DNA of 64,000 bases from an uncultured Chloroflexia bacterium. GTDB taxonomy: Bacteria > Chloroflexota > Limnocylindria > Limnocylindrales > CSP1-4. Every line of letters starts with the position of its first letter. Position 1 is the first letter of the stretch. The translations under genes and the position numbers were made by a program. Below the pieces are notes generated by a model. That model was not told the origin of the DNA. It ran no database searches and saw only the letters and a list, made by a program, of their open reading frames with translations. Positions 38,003 through 47,538 of the stretch are shown here, one piece after another. The stretch lies in NCBI GenBank assembly GCA_963748625.1, contig CAVVJT010000010.1:1184001-1248000 (forward strand), read 5' to 3'.

Positions 38003-38397
38003 CTACACCGGCGTCGAAGGAGCCTCCACAGCGTCCGCGACCTCGCAGATGCCGACCGGGATGGGCTGGGCCGCTGCCGCCTTCTCCGCGTCGAGCTGGG
38101 CCTTGATCTCCGGGTAGGTGTCCCCCAGGCAGCACGAGCAGCTCTCGTACCATCGGCGCATGCCCTCGTCGATCACCGGGAGGCCTTGCTCCCCGGTGGA
38201 CGCGGCGGGCGCGGCGGCGGCGGCTTGGGCGACGTACTCGGCGGGCTCTCCGTGAAGGCGCGCTTGCAGCCCTGCCGGCAGAAGGCGTAGGTGCGGCCGT
38301 CGAGCTCGACGAGCAGGCCGGCGGCCTCCGCGGTGGCAACGTCGACGGTCATGCCGCAGACGGGATCGATCAGCTTCTCGGGACGCTCGGACTGCAT
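38003..38397 (-). CDS. YHS-domain protein with C-terminal Cys-rich (CSCC) domain; 1-nt deletion at ~38243
   Basis: DPVCGMTV...YAFCRQGC; shifted frame continues PAEYV...VIDEGMRRWYESCSCCLGDTYPEIKAQLDAE to TAG at 38003. Confidence 0.78.
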
Positions 38398-38424
38398 CGG
38401 GGATCTCCGTCTCCCTGGAACCGG

Positions 38425-38877
38425 CTACTGGATGGTGACGGTGGCCTTCATCCCGGCGGCATAGTGGCCGATGACATGGCAGCCGGCCAGCGTGGTGCCG
38501 GGCTCGTCGAACGTCATGACCAGCTCCTTGGTCTGGCCAGGTTCGACGCCGATCGCGTTGGGCTCGTCCTTCGCCATCGTCATGCCGCCGGCCTCCGCCA
38601 TCTCCGCCTCGTGCTCGGCCTGGACCTCCTCGTCGCCGATGACGAACTCGTGGAGGACGGCGCCGGTGTTCGTGACGACGAACGTGACCGGGACGCCGGC
38701 GGGGACGGTCATCGTGGCGGGCTCGACCTTGAGCTTGTCGCTGAGGGTCACCTCCACGCGGACGGGGCCCGAAGGCTCGGACGGGGCTGTGGTGGCGGCT
38801 CCGGTTGCGGTGCCGGACCCGCCGCAGGCGGCGAGCACGAGGGAGGCGACGGCAAGGACGCTGAAGAGACGGCGCAT
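38425..38877 (-). CDS. cupredoxin (plastocyanin/CopI-like) lipoprotein
   Basis: LAAC lipobox; HEFVIG; CHVIGHYAAGM type-1 copper site. Confidence 0.9.
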   Translation of the reverse strand: MRRLFSVLAVASLVLAACGGSGTATGAATTAPSEPSGPVRVEVTLSDKLKVEPATMTVPAGVPVTFVVTNTGAVLHEFVIGDEEVQAEHEAEMAEAGGMTMAKDEPNAIGVEPGQTKELVMTFDEPGTTLAGCHVIGHYAAGMKATVTIQ

Positions 38878-38924
38878 GGGGGCTCCTTGGGGGCGGTCGG
38901 GAGGATCGAAGCGGCCTGCGCGGC

Positions 38925-40469
38925 TCAGCCGGCGGGCGGCTCCACGATCGTGATCTGGCCGCCGTACATGCCCATCGAGCACGCGTAGGCGAGGGTTCCG
39001 GCCGGCAGGGCGGGCAGGTCGATCTCGTTGGATCCCTTGTGGAGGGTCACCTGGATGCCCAGCTCGGGAACGACCAGGAAGGTCGCGCAGCTGCGGGCGT
39101 CGAGCGATTCGATCGTCCATTTCGTGGGGATCCCGGCCTGGATCGCGACGTTGCCCGGGCTGTAGCCGTCAAGGTCCTGGTACGTGGTGAGCTGCTGGAC
39201 CCCACCCTCGGGGGCGGGCTGGGTTGCGCCTCCGCCCACGACCGCCTGCACTGGCTCGGGACCGGGGAGGCTGATGCCCGCAAGTCGAAGTCCGGCGCTC
39301 GCGTTGACCAGCGCGAACACGATCACCACCACGCCCGCAAGGCGCAGGAGCGTCGGCTTGAAGCCGGCGGGCACCACGAGCGGCAGGCCGGCGAGCGCGA
39401 GGAGGCCGGGGGCGGTGCCGATGGCGAAGACGGCCATGATGGCGCCCGCGTAGACCGGCGAGCCGGTGGACAGCGCGAAGACCTGGACGGCCTGGGTGAA
39501 GCCGCAAGGCAGGAAGAACGAGGCAGCGCCGAGCAGGGCCGCACGCCCGTCGGAGTACGGGTTGTCAGCGGTTGAATCAAGGCCCAGGGTGCGGGCGACG
39601 CCCATCGGCAGGGTCGGCGACCAGGCGGCGAGCCTGGGTGAGAGGCCGGTGAGTCGCGCGCCCAGCAGCGTCATCAGGACCGCGACCGCGATCATCAGGA
39701 CCGCGGTCATCTGGGGCGGCATCGCGACGGTGGCACCGAGCGCACCGAGCGCCGCACCGAGGATCGCGTAGCCCGCCACGCGGCCGGCGAGGAAGGCGAA
39801 GGCGGGGCGCAGGCGAGAGCCGAGACCGGCGTTCGGGCGGGCCGTGGGGCGCGCGGCGAACGCAGCGGTAAGGGCGAGCAGGAGGCCGCCGACCAGCGCC
39901 ATGCAGGTGGAGACGCCCGCGGTCAGACCGAGGAGGAGAGCCACGAGCAGCCCGCCCGACGCGAGGTCGCCTGTGCCCGCGGCGAGGTCGGCGAGGCCGG
40001 TCACCTTCGCGATGACCGCGACCGCGGCGACAAGGGCGGCACCCGCCGCGGCGGTCAGCCACACGCGGTGGTCCCGCTCCAGCCAGGGCGTCCGGCCGAT
40101 CGCGTAGCCGGCGTCGTGGAGGGCGTCCTCGACCAGGTCCTGCGGGATGGGCGTCTCGCTCTCGATCACGACGCGGCCGTGGACGGCGGAGGCGGTGGCG
40201 CGCACAACGCCCGGGATCTTGCCCACGTGCCGCCCGATCCGGACCTCGCACGCCCGGCAGGTCATGCCGGCGACGGGCACGGTAGTGGTCAGCAGCGCGC
40301 CGGCAGCGGGCGCGGGGCCGACGGGGGTGGCCACGTCCGAGGTGGTGGCCACGGACGCAGTGGTGGTGGCGCGACGGCCTTGCCGTGCAGCGCGCCGCTC
40401 GAGCGCCGCCCGATGCAGGTCCTCCGACGGGACGATCGATGGCTGCGGGGCGGCGCTGCGGCGGGACAT
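38925..40469 (-). CDS. HMA + DsbD_2/TauE-like membrane domain + cupredoxin fusion
   Basis: GMTCRAC, STCMALVGG, FFLPCGFTQ, YACSMGM. Confidence 0.88.
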   Translation of the reverse strand: MSRRSAAPQPSIVPSEDLHRAALERRAARQGRRATTTASVATTSDVATPVGPAPAAGALLTTTVPVAGMTCRACEVRIGRHVGKIPGVVRATASAVHGRVVIESETPIPQDLVEDALHDAGYAIGRTPWLERDHRVWLTAAAGAALVAAVAVIAKVTGLADLAAGTGDLASGGLLVALLLGLTAGVSTCMALVGGLLLALTAAFAARPTARPNAGLGSRLRPAFAFLAGRVAGYAILGAALGALGATVAMPPQMTAVLMIAVAVLMTLLGARLTGLSPRLAAWSPTLPMGVARTLGLDSTADNPYSDGRAALLGAASFFLPCGFTQAVQVFALSTGSPVYAGAIMAVFAIGTAPGLLALAGLPLVVPAGFKPTLLRLAGVVVIVFALVNASAGLRLAGISLPGPEPVQAVVGGGATQPAPEGGVQQLTTYQDLDGYSPGNVAIQAGIPTKWTIESLDARSCATFLVVPELGIQVTLHKGSNEIDLPALPAGTLAYACSMGMYGGQITIVEPPAG

Positions 40470-40555
40470 CGGGACGCTTGCTCCTGGGGGACGCAGGGAC
40501 GAGGAACGTTGATGACAGGTTCGCGTGTACGGGACCCTGGGGCCATGGAGCAGGC

Positions 40556-40583
40556 CACAAGCGTTCCTCAAGGTTGGCTCAAC
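40556..40583 (-). promoter_or_regulatory. triple direct repeat, OmpR-family binding site candidate
   Basis: CACAAG-N5-CTCAAG-N5-CTCAAC (11-bp period) between the kinase gene and the copper operon. Confidence 0.55.
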
Positions 40584-40602
40584 CCGGAGGCCGGGCGACC
40601 AC

Positions 40603-41697
40603 TCAGGCCGGAGGTGCCGGCAGCTCCAGGTGGAACGTGGCGCCACGGCCGGGCCCGTCGCTCTCGGCCCAGGCTTCGCCGTCCATGGCATCGGCGAGGG
40701 CGCGCACGATGGCGAGGCCGATCCCCGATCCTCCGGCGGCCCGGCTGCGCGCCGCATCCACGCGGTAGAAGCGCTCGAACACGGCGTCCAGCTGCCCGGC
40801 CTCCAGGCCCGGGCCCTCATCGGCCACCGAAAGCCTGGCGTGGCCCGGGGTCGCCACACCGACAACCCGGATCGTGGATCCATCGGGCGCGTGGCGCAGC
40901 GCGTTCGACAGATAGTTCGACACGATCTGCGCGAGCCGGTCCTTGTCAGCGAGCGCGACCAGGGGGTTCGCCGGCAGCTCCACAGCGATCCCGCGCGCGC
41001 CGGCCGCGGCCAGGTACCCCTCCCCCACCTCGCGCGCCACGGCGGCGGCATCCACCTCGTCGATCGCAAGGGGCAGCTGGTTGGCCTCGGCGCGCCACAG
41101 CTCCGAGAGGTCGGCGACCATCCGGTTCAGGCGCGCCGTCTCCGCGCGGAGGAGGTGCCACGTCTGGGCAGACGGCGCCACCACCCCGTCCTCCAGCCCT
41201 TCGAGATAGCCGTCGAGCGTCGTCAGGGGGGTGCGCAGCTCATGGGCCACGTCGCCCACCAGCTGCAGCCGCCGGCGCTCGGTCGCCTCGAGGGAACCTG
41301 CCATCTCGTTGAACGAGACCGCCAGCTCCGCCAGCTCACCGGGATCGGCATCCGGCACGCGCTCGCCATAGTGGCCGGCGGCGATGCGGCGTGCCGCCTC
41401 CGACATCGCGGTGATCGGGCGCGCGATCCGACTTGCGACCAGGACGGCGACAACGCCTGCCGCTACGACCGCCGCCACCCCGGCCGCAAGGAGGGCCTGC
41501 GTCATCGCGGTGTCGAAGGCGGCCTGGGTGGACTCGGCCATCGCATCACCCATCGGGTCGCCCGGCATGTGGCCCATGGCATCCGCGAAGTAGCCGGGTC
41601 CGATGAGCATGACCGCGAAGGCGACGGTCCCGAGGGCGGCCGCCGCAACAACGAGGAATGCGACCAGCAGGCGGGCGCGAAGCGAGCGCAGCCTCAT
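40603..41697 (-). CDS. HAMP sensor histidine kinase (BaeS-like), Met/His-rich external loop
   Basis: AHELRTP H-box, NALRH, DEGPG, GSGIGLAI; loop MGHMPGDPMGDAM. Confidence 0.92.
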   Translation of the reverse strand: MRLRSLRARLLVAFLVVAAAALGTVAFAVMLIGPGYFADAMGHMPGDPMGDAMAESTQAAFDTAMTQALLAAGVAAVVAAGVVAVLVASRIARPITAMSEAARRIAAGHYGERVPDADPGELAELAVSFNEMAGSLEATERRRLQLVGDVAHELRTPLTTLDGYLEGLEDGVVAPSAQTWHLLRAETARLNRMVADLSELWRAEANQLPLAIDEVDAAAVAREVGEGYLAAAGARGIAVELPANPLVALADKDRLAQIVSNYLSNALRHAPDGSTIRVVGVATPGHARLSVADEGPGLEAGQLDAVFERFYRVDAARSRAAGGSGIGLAIVRALADAMDGEAWAESDGPGRGATFHLELPAPPA

Positions 41698-41728
41698 GGG
41701 AGGACCCGCCTCACTCGCGCACGTCTCC

Positions 41729-42478
41729 TCACGGTGTGCGCTCCCGCAGGCGGTACCCCACACCCCGCACCGTCTCGACGAAGCGCGGCAACGCGGGCTC
41801 GTCACCCAGCTTGCGCCGGAGGTTTGCGATGTGGACATCAAGCAGGTGGTCGTCAGCGGCGTACTCCGCACCCCAGACCTGTTCGAGCAGGCTCGAGCGG
41901 GCTTGGACGACGCCCGGCGCCCGGACCAGGACCGCGAGCAGGTTGAACTCCAGGGCCGTCAGTTCGACAGCGGTGCCGTCCACGCGCACCAGATGGCGCG
42001 CAGCATCGACCTCGAGGCCGTCGGGCGCCAGGCCCGCCACGCCCGCAGGGCCCGCGGTGCCCGTCCAGCCCGCGTCGCCCGGACCGCCCGCGGCACCCGC
42101 CCCCGTTCGCGGCCGCCGCAGCAGCGCCTTGATCCGAGCCACCAGCTCCCGCGGCGAGAACGGCTTCACGAGGTAGTCGTCCGCGCCCACGGTCAGGCCC
42201 ATGATCCTGTCGATCTCCTCGCCACGGGCGGTGAGCATGATCACGTAGGCATCGGAGAACGTCCGCAGCTGCCGGCACACCTCGATGCCGTCGAGCCCCG
42301 GGAGCATCACGTCCAGGACGACGACGTCCGGATCTGCCGAGCGCGCCAGCTCGAGGGCGCCATGCCCGTCGGACGCCCGCTCGACGGCCCATCCCTCGCG
42401 AACGAGGTAGCCGGCGACGAGCTCGACGATCGGAGGCTCGTCATCCACGACGAGGATGCGGGCGGGACGCATCTGCAT
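41729..42478 (-). CDS. OmpR-family response regulator
   Basis: ILVVDDE, LDVMLP, GADDYLVKPF, ETVRGVGY. Confidence 0.93.
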   Translation of the reverse strand: MQMRPARILVVDDEPPIVELVAGYLVREGWAVERASDGHGALELARSADPDVVVLDVMLPGLDGIEVCRQLRTFSDAYVIMLTARGEEIDRIMGLTVGADDYLVKPFSPRELVARIKALLRRPRTGAGAAGGPGDAGWTGTAGPAGVAGLAPDGLEVDAARHLVRVDGTAVELTALEFNLLAVLVRAPGVVQARSSLLEQVWGAEYAADDHLLDVHIANLRRKLGDEPALPRFVETVRGVGYRLRERTP

Positions 42479-42810
42479 GGGAGGAGTGTGCCACCACAGA
42501 GGCGCGTGCACCCCGTCAACGGACGTCAGGCTCGGGACACCAGGGTCGCATGTCGCCAGATGCCTGGCGGACACCCCTCCGTGCCCCAGGCCGCAGAACG
42601 GAGGTGGCATCACCGGGCGTCGCCCACGACGGCTGCTGCCGTGCGCACCCGGCGCGCACACGGAGCGCTGACGTCGCGGGATGTGCGCCCCGTGCTCCGC
42701 CCGTGCGCTCCGCCAGGGTCCCGAGGGCACGACCTGCGCACCAGCCGCGCATCGAGCGCTCCGGCCGCACCGTGTGGCCGTCCGGCGCGCAGCCGGACGG
42801 CGACCAGGAT

Positions 42811-42858
42811 CCGGAACGGCGCCAGGGCCCGGAACGGCGCCAGGGCCCGGAACGGTGC
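42811..42858. repeat. 18-nt tandem repeat CCGGAACGGCGCCAGGGC x2.6
   Basis: read directly. Confidence 0.8.
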
Positions 42859-42899
42859 TCCGCAGGCCTCCAACGAAGAGCGAGCAGCGAGGCGGGACT

Positions 42900-43124
42900 C
42901 TAGGACCCGCGAGGGTCGGGTACCCGCTCGAGGATGAGCGCCTTCATCGGGCAGCAGTCGGCGGCGCGCTGGGCATCCGTCAGGCGGTTCCCGGGCAGGG
43001 TGTCGTCAAGCAGGATCGGGTAGCGCCAGTCATCGAGGTCGATGAGCTCGGGCGCCATGTCGGCGCAGGTGCCGTACCCGTCGCACTTGATCCAGTCGAC
43101 CCGCAGGCGCCAGGGCTTACCCAT
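42900..43124 (-). CDS. ferredoxin (single cluster, probably [3Fe-4S])
   Basis: CDGYGTC...CCP; overlaps the upstream gene's stop. Confidence 0.88.
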   Translation of the reverse strand: MGKPWRLRVDWIKCDGYGTCADMAPELIDLDDWRYPILLDDTLPGNRLTDAQRAADCCPMKALILERVPDPRGS

Positions 43125-44364
43125 GCCCGAGCCTCGAGTGCGTCACCGAGCAGCGGCCGGTGCGCACGTGGTAGGCGATGTCCTCCGAGAAGGTCGTGAA
43201 CGCACTCGCGAGCATCTGGATCGCCCCGTCGGGGTGATGGCACGCCCCCCGTCCGGCGACCATGCCCATCCAGCGGTCGATGTGGTCGAGATCGCGGGCC
43301 TCGGGCGCGCCCTGGGCGATCCGCCGTGTGGCATCGGCGAGGGCGGCCAGGCCGTAGAGACACGGCCCGCACTGGCCCGCACTCTCCCGCGCCAGGAAGC
43401 CGATGATGTCCGACGTCGCCGCGACGCCGCAGGTCCCACGTCCCAGGGCGCCCACGATCCCGCACCCGAACGTGAGCCCGGCGTTGCGCATGTCGACCGG
43501 ATCGAGCGGCAGGTCCCAGGCCGCATCGACCGGTGCCCAAGTGCCGAAGTAGCCACCCAGGATCACGGCCGTCACGGTGTCGCGCCGGCCACCGGCGGCC
43601 TCGAGCACCTCGCCGACGGTCGTGCCCAGCTCGATCTCGCGCACGCCCCCGTCGGCCACCGCGCCCGACACCGTGACCAGTGCCGTGCCCTTGGAGACGA
43701 GGCGTCCGGCCGACCGCCACCAGTCGTCGCCATGGCGCGCGATCAGCGCTGCCGCCGCGAGGCTCTCCACGTTCTGGACGAGGGTCGGGTGGCCGCCGAC
43801 GCCCTTCACCGACATCCGTGGCGGCGTCGTTGTGGGGCGCGCATCGGCCTCATTGATGTAGTGGACAGCCGCGGTGGCCTCGCCCGCGACGTACCCGATC
43901 GGCGCCTCCACGACCCGGATCGGCCGCCGGATCTGGCTCCGCCGCTCCGCGATGGCGGCGGTCATCACGGCCACCGCCCGGGCGTGCTCCGTGCCGATGT
44001 AGACGATGATCTCGTCGGCCCCCACCGCCTCCGCGGCCAGTACCGCCCCGTCGAGCACGAGGTGCGGGCGCTCCGTCATCAGGGCGCGATCCTTGGCGCT
44101 GGGCGGCTCGCCCTCGGCGCCGTTCACCACCACCACCGCGCGGCCCGCCGGGCGCTGGGCCATGGCCCGCCACTTGCGGCCGACGGGGAAGCCCGCGCCG
44201 CCCCGGCCCAGCAGCCCTGACGCCTCGAGCGTGGCGATGACATCGCCGTTGGCCCAGGCGCGAGGGACCGGACCGAGCCTGGCCACGTGGTCGTCGAGGG
44301 ACTCGGGGGCACCCCGCAAGGCCGGGCCACCGAGGAGGCGGGTGTGGGACACAGCTGAGATCAC
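43117..44364 (-). CDS. stand-alone NuoF-like FMN/NADH oxidoreductase
   Basis: GRGGAGFP, NGAEGEP, SLBB region, ESAGQCGPC...GACHHPDG; GTG after AGGAG. Confidence 0.88.
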   Translation of the reverse strand: MISAVSHTRLLGGPALRGAPESLDDHVARLGPVPRAWANGDVIATLEASGLLGRGGAGFPVGRKWRAMAQRPAGRAVVVVNGAEGEPPSAKDRALMTERPHLVLDGAVLAAEAVGADEIIVYIGTEHARAVAVMTAAIAERRSQIRRPIRVVEAPIGYVAGEATAAVHYINEADARPTTTPPRMSVKGVGGHPTLVQNVESLAAAALIARHGDDWWRSAGRLVSKGTALVTVSGAVADGGVREIELGTTVGEVLEAAGGRRDTVTAVILGGYFGTWAPVDAAWDLPLDPVDMRNAGLTFGCGIVGALGRGTCGVAATSDIIGFLARESAGQCGPCLYGLAALADATRRIAQGAPEARDLDHIDRWMGMVAGRGACHHPDGAIQMLASAFTTFSEDIAYHVRTGRCSVTHSRLGHG

Positions 44365-44452
44365 GGGCGCTCCTGTGATGCGGGACGCTGAGGAGGGCGA
44401 CGGGCTGACGGGGAACCTTGGACTCCGGCTCCTGTCAGGGTCGCATTCCATC

Positions 44453-44478
44453 GAGGCGGCTGGCACCCGGAAGGTTTC
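44453..44478 (-). promoter_or_regulatory. ECF-sigma-like promoter GAAAC-N17-CCTC
   Basis: GAAACCTTC-N12-GCCTC, same architecture as 49771-49796. Confidence 0.5.
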
Positions 44479-44528
44479 CCTGCCGGGTGACCCGATGGTC
44501 CCAGCCGCTCCTGTGCTGCCCGCGTGCG

Positions 44529-45836
44529 CTAGATGTGAACCTTCTCAAGAATGCGGACGAGGTAGCGCGACCGGAACTGCTTCGTGGCGAGCACCTGCTT
44601 GGTGGGAGGCAGCTGCATGATGACGGCAATGATCGCGGCCATTGCCCGGTGGCTGACGAGCGCCTTGTTGTCGAAGATGCAGTCGGCGAGGTTGCCGCGC
44701 TCGATCGCCATCAGCACCGAGCGGTGCAGCGTGTCCACCGGCGTGATCACGCGCTGCTGGCGCGGCTCCAGCCACAGGGCGTTGGTCGGACAGACCCGCG
44801 TGCAGACGCCGCAGCCCAGGCAGATCTCCGCGGCCAGCTCAGCCTTCCGCTTGCGCGGCTTCGCCGGATCGTTGGCCGAGACGAGGGTCATCGCCTCCAC
44901 CGGGCACGAGTCCACGCACTTGGCGCAGCCGTTGCAGGTTGCCCCGTCCACGTGGGGCAGGTAGTTGGTGGTGTGGACGGGGTCCAGCCGCCCGAACCGG
45001 CGCTGGGCGATCATCGCCTCGCAGCAGCAGCCGCAGCAGTTGCAGATGAAGGCGACGTCGCGCTGGACGTTCTCGCCGAACTGGACCAGGCGGGCGTCGT
45101 AGGCCTCGGCGAGCAGGTCCCGCCCTTCGGCCTTGTCCACACGTCGGGCATACCCATGACGGATCAACGCGTCGGCCGTGCCCCCGAAGGTCATGCAGAT
45201 GTTCATCGGCGCCGTGCACGCCTTGCCGACGTGCTCCGCCTTGTGGCGGCAGTAGCACATGCCCACGCCCATGTGCTGCGCGGTGTCGATGACCTCGCTG
45301 GCCCGCTCGTAGTCCAGCACGCGGAGCATGGAGCCCATCGTCTCGCCGGTCCGCGGCTTCGCGTCGGCCAGGGCGGGCTCGTTGACGAAGACGCGGCCCA
45401 GCTGGGTGGTGCCGTTGGTGAAGAGGGCGATGATGAAGTCATCCTCGACGGTGATGTACTGCCAGAACAGCTCGGCCAGGAGCTTCTGGTCGATGTCGTC
45501 GCGGACGCGCATCATCGAGAACTCGAAGAAACCGGCCATCGGGGGCGGCAGGATGTAGAGCGTCCCGTTGGGGCCCTCCATGTCGAGGAGGATGCACTTG
45601 TCGGCGAGGCCTTCGAGGACGCCGCGGGCCTCCTTCTCGGAGACGCCCCAGATCTGCGCGGCGCGTTTCGTGGTCACCGGGCGGACGGGCAGGCGGGCGA
45701 CGAGGCGCGCCTCCTTCTCGGTGAACATCAGCGCGAGGATCCGGTAGAGCAGCTCTGACGGTGGTGCCCCCTGCGGCGCCTGGTTCAGGCGCTCCGTCAG
45801 CGCGGCGTACGCGCTTCGGGCGGTGGCGTGGGCCAT
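44529..45836 (-). CDS. 4Fe-4S dicluster protein with N-terminal HTH-like region
   Basis: CYCRH, ICNCCGCCC, CNGCAKC...CP and CLGCGVC...CP. Confidence 0.9.
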   Translation of the reverse strand: MAHATARSAYAALTERLNQAPQGAPPSELLYRILALMFTEKEARLVARLPVRPVTTKRAAQIWGVSEKEARGVLEGLADKCILLDMEGPNGTLYILPPPMAGFFEFSMMRVRDDIDQKLLAELFWQYITVEDDFIIALFTNGTTQLGRVFVNEPALADAKPRTGETMGSMLRVLDYERASEVIDTAQHMGVGMCYCRHKAEHVGKACTAPMNICMTFGGTADALIRHGYARRVDKAEGRDLLAEAYDARLVQFGENVQRDVAFICNCCGCCCEAMIAQRRFGRLDPVHTTNYLPHVDGATCNGCAKCVDSCPVEAMTLVSANDPAKPRKRKAELAAEICLGCGVCTRVCPTNALWLEPRQQRVITPVDTLHRSVLMAIERGNLADCIFDNKALVSHRAMAAIIAVIMQLPPTKQVLATKQFRSRYLVRILEKVHI

Positions 45837-45926
45837 GGTTCGACCTCCCTGTTGCAGGGTCGATCGTCGGTGCGGGCACGCTGCACGGTGAAGGGCCATC
45901 CGTCGCACCGCGGGTATCCTCCGGGC

Positions 45927-46523
45927 ATGGCGGGGCACGACATCCGGCGGCTCGGTTCGGGCGATCTCGACGAGGTGGTCGACGTGCTGGCTGCCGCGTT
46001 CCTCCGTGATCCGCTGGTCGTGGCGCTGTTTCCGGACGCCGCCGTCCGCGCCCGGGCGACGCCGCACCTCTTCCGTGTGATCCTCGCCGAGGACATCCGT
46101 CGGGGGCGTGTGACGGGCGTGGGAGCACCGCTGGCGGGCGTGGCCGTGTGGCACCTGCCGGGCGACCGGGGACGATCCCTGCGGGGCATCGCCGAGGTGA
46201 CGGTGGGCCAGGTGAGGCTCCTGCGCTGGGCGGGGCGCCTCGCGCAGGCCTGGGAGGTCCAGGAAGGGGTCGAGCGGATGCAGAAGGCCGGCCGCGCGAG
46301 GGAGCGCGCGCACCTGTACTTCCTCGGCGTGCGGCCCTCGTCGCAGGGGACGGGGGTGGGTGGGGCGCTGGTGCGGCCGGTGCTGGCGTCGCATGGGCCC
46401 GCCTGGACCGAGACGATGAACCCCGCGAACGTGGCGCTGTACGAGCACCTCGGGTTCCGCCTGTTCGGGACGCATGACGCGCCGCGGCTGGGGCTGCGGG
46501 TGTGGGCCCTGCAGCGGGACTGA
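45927..46523 (+). CDS. GNAT N-acetyltransferase
   Basis: LAAAF..DP, LGVRPSSQGTGVG, NVALYEHLGF. Confidence 0.88.
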   Translation: MAGHDIRRLGSGDLDEVVDVLAAAFLRDPLVVALFPDAAVRARATPHLFRVILAEDIRRGRVTGVGAPLAGVAVWHLPGDRGRSLRGIAEVTVGQVRLLRWAGRLAQAWEVQEGVERMQKAGRARERAHLYFLGVRPSSQGTGVGGALVRPVLASHGPAWTETMNPANVALYEHLGFRLFGTHDAPRLGLRVWALQRD

Positions 46524-46546
46524 TCCCGGGGTGGCATGCTCTCCAC

Positions 46547-47017
46547 GTGGAGAGTCCCGCCATCCCTGCCGTCCCGGCCGTTCCGGCGTCGTCTGCGGTC
46601 CAGGCCATCGCTGCCGTCCCGGCGCCGCCGCCCGGTCGGTCGCGCGCCGTCCGCGCGGTCCTGCTGGTGGTGGGCACCGTCGCGCTGGGCCTCGGGGTGG
46701 TGGGGATCGTCATCCCGGTGCTCCCCACGACCCCGTTCCTGCTGCTTGCCGCCGCCTGCTACGCCCGGGCCTCGGACCGTCTCTACACGTGGCTGCTGCG
46801 CCAGCGGACCCTGGGGCCGGTGATTGTCCGGTGGCGCGAGTCACGGACGATGGACCAGCGGGTGAAGGTGCGCGCGCTGGTCGTGGTGGTGGTCACGTTC
46901 AGCATGTCCATCGTCCTGGTCGAGGAGGTGGTGATGCGGGCGCTGCTCGCGGTGACCGGCACGATCGTGTCGGTGTTCCTGGCCCGGATCCCGGTGCACC
47001 GGGCGCCGGCCGGCTGA
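46547..47017 (+). CDS. YbaN/DUF454 family membrane protein
   Basis: GIVIPVLPTTPFLLLAAACYARAS. Confidence 0.88.
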   Translation: MESPAIPAVPAVPASSAVQAIAAVPAPPPGRSRAVRAVLLVVGTVALGLGVVGIVIPVLPTTPFLLLAAACYARASDRLYTWLLRQRTLGPVIVRWRESRTMDQRVKVRALVVVVVTFSMSIVLVEEVVMRALLAVTGTIVSVFLARIPVHRAPAG

Positions 47018-47039
47018 GCCTGGGAGTTCGGGGTTCGCG

Positions 47040-47405
47040 ATGCTGCGGGTCGGCTCGATCGTGATCCGGGTGGACGATCTCGAGCGGCAGGCCGCGTTCT
47101 GGGCGGCGGCGCTGGGCTATGAGCGGGTGGACATGGATGCCGACTTCGTCCTCCTGCGGCCGCCGGCCGGATCGAGCGGGCCGAACGTGTCGCTCGACCG
47201 GGTGCGGTCAGTGGTCCAGGTGCCGCCGCGGATCCACCTCGACCTCTACGCCGACGACCGGGCTGGCCAGGCTGGCGAGGTGGAGCGGCTGGTCTCCCTG
47301 GGGGCCACCCCGGTCGAGTGGTCGAAACGCCCGGCCGACGCCGACTACGTGATCCTCGCCGACCCTGAGGGCAATCGGTTCTGCGTGGTGGACACGGGGA
47401 GCTGA
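47040..47405 (+). CDS. VOC/glyoxalase family protein
   Basis: FWAAALG, RIHLDL, LADPEGNRFCV. Confidence 0.9.
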   Translation: MLRVGSIVIRVDDLERQAAFWAAALGYERVDMDADFVLLRPPAGSSGPNVSLDRVRSVVQVPPRIHLDLYADDRAGQAGEVERLVSLGATPVEWSKRPADADYVILADPEGNRFCVVDTGS

Positions 47406-47538
47406 GCGGCGCCCGGTGCGTGCCCGGCGCCACTGGTGCCCGGTGTGTGCCCCCCGAGCGGCGCCCACGAGTCACGGAGCGACCGTCCACGCGGAACGCC
47501 CGCGCACACCGCGGGCGCGATCGGTCACCATGCGCGCC

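Noticed and set aside
44438-44493. HDV-like ribozyme or Moco riboswitch
   Set aside because: P1-like pairing exists, but the P1.1/P4/catalytic-C arrangement and the Moco consensus are absent
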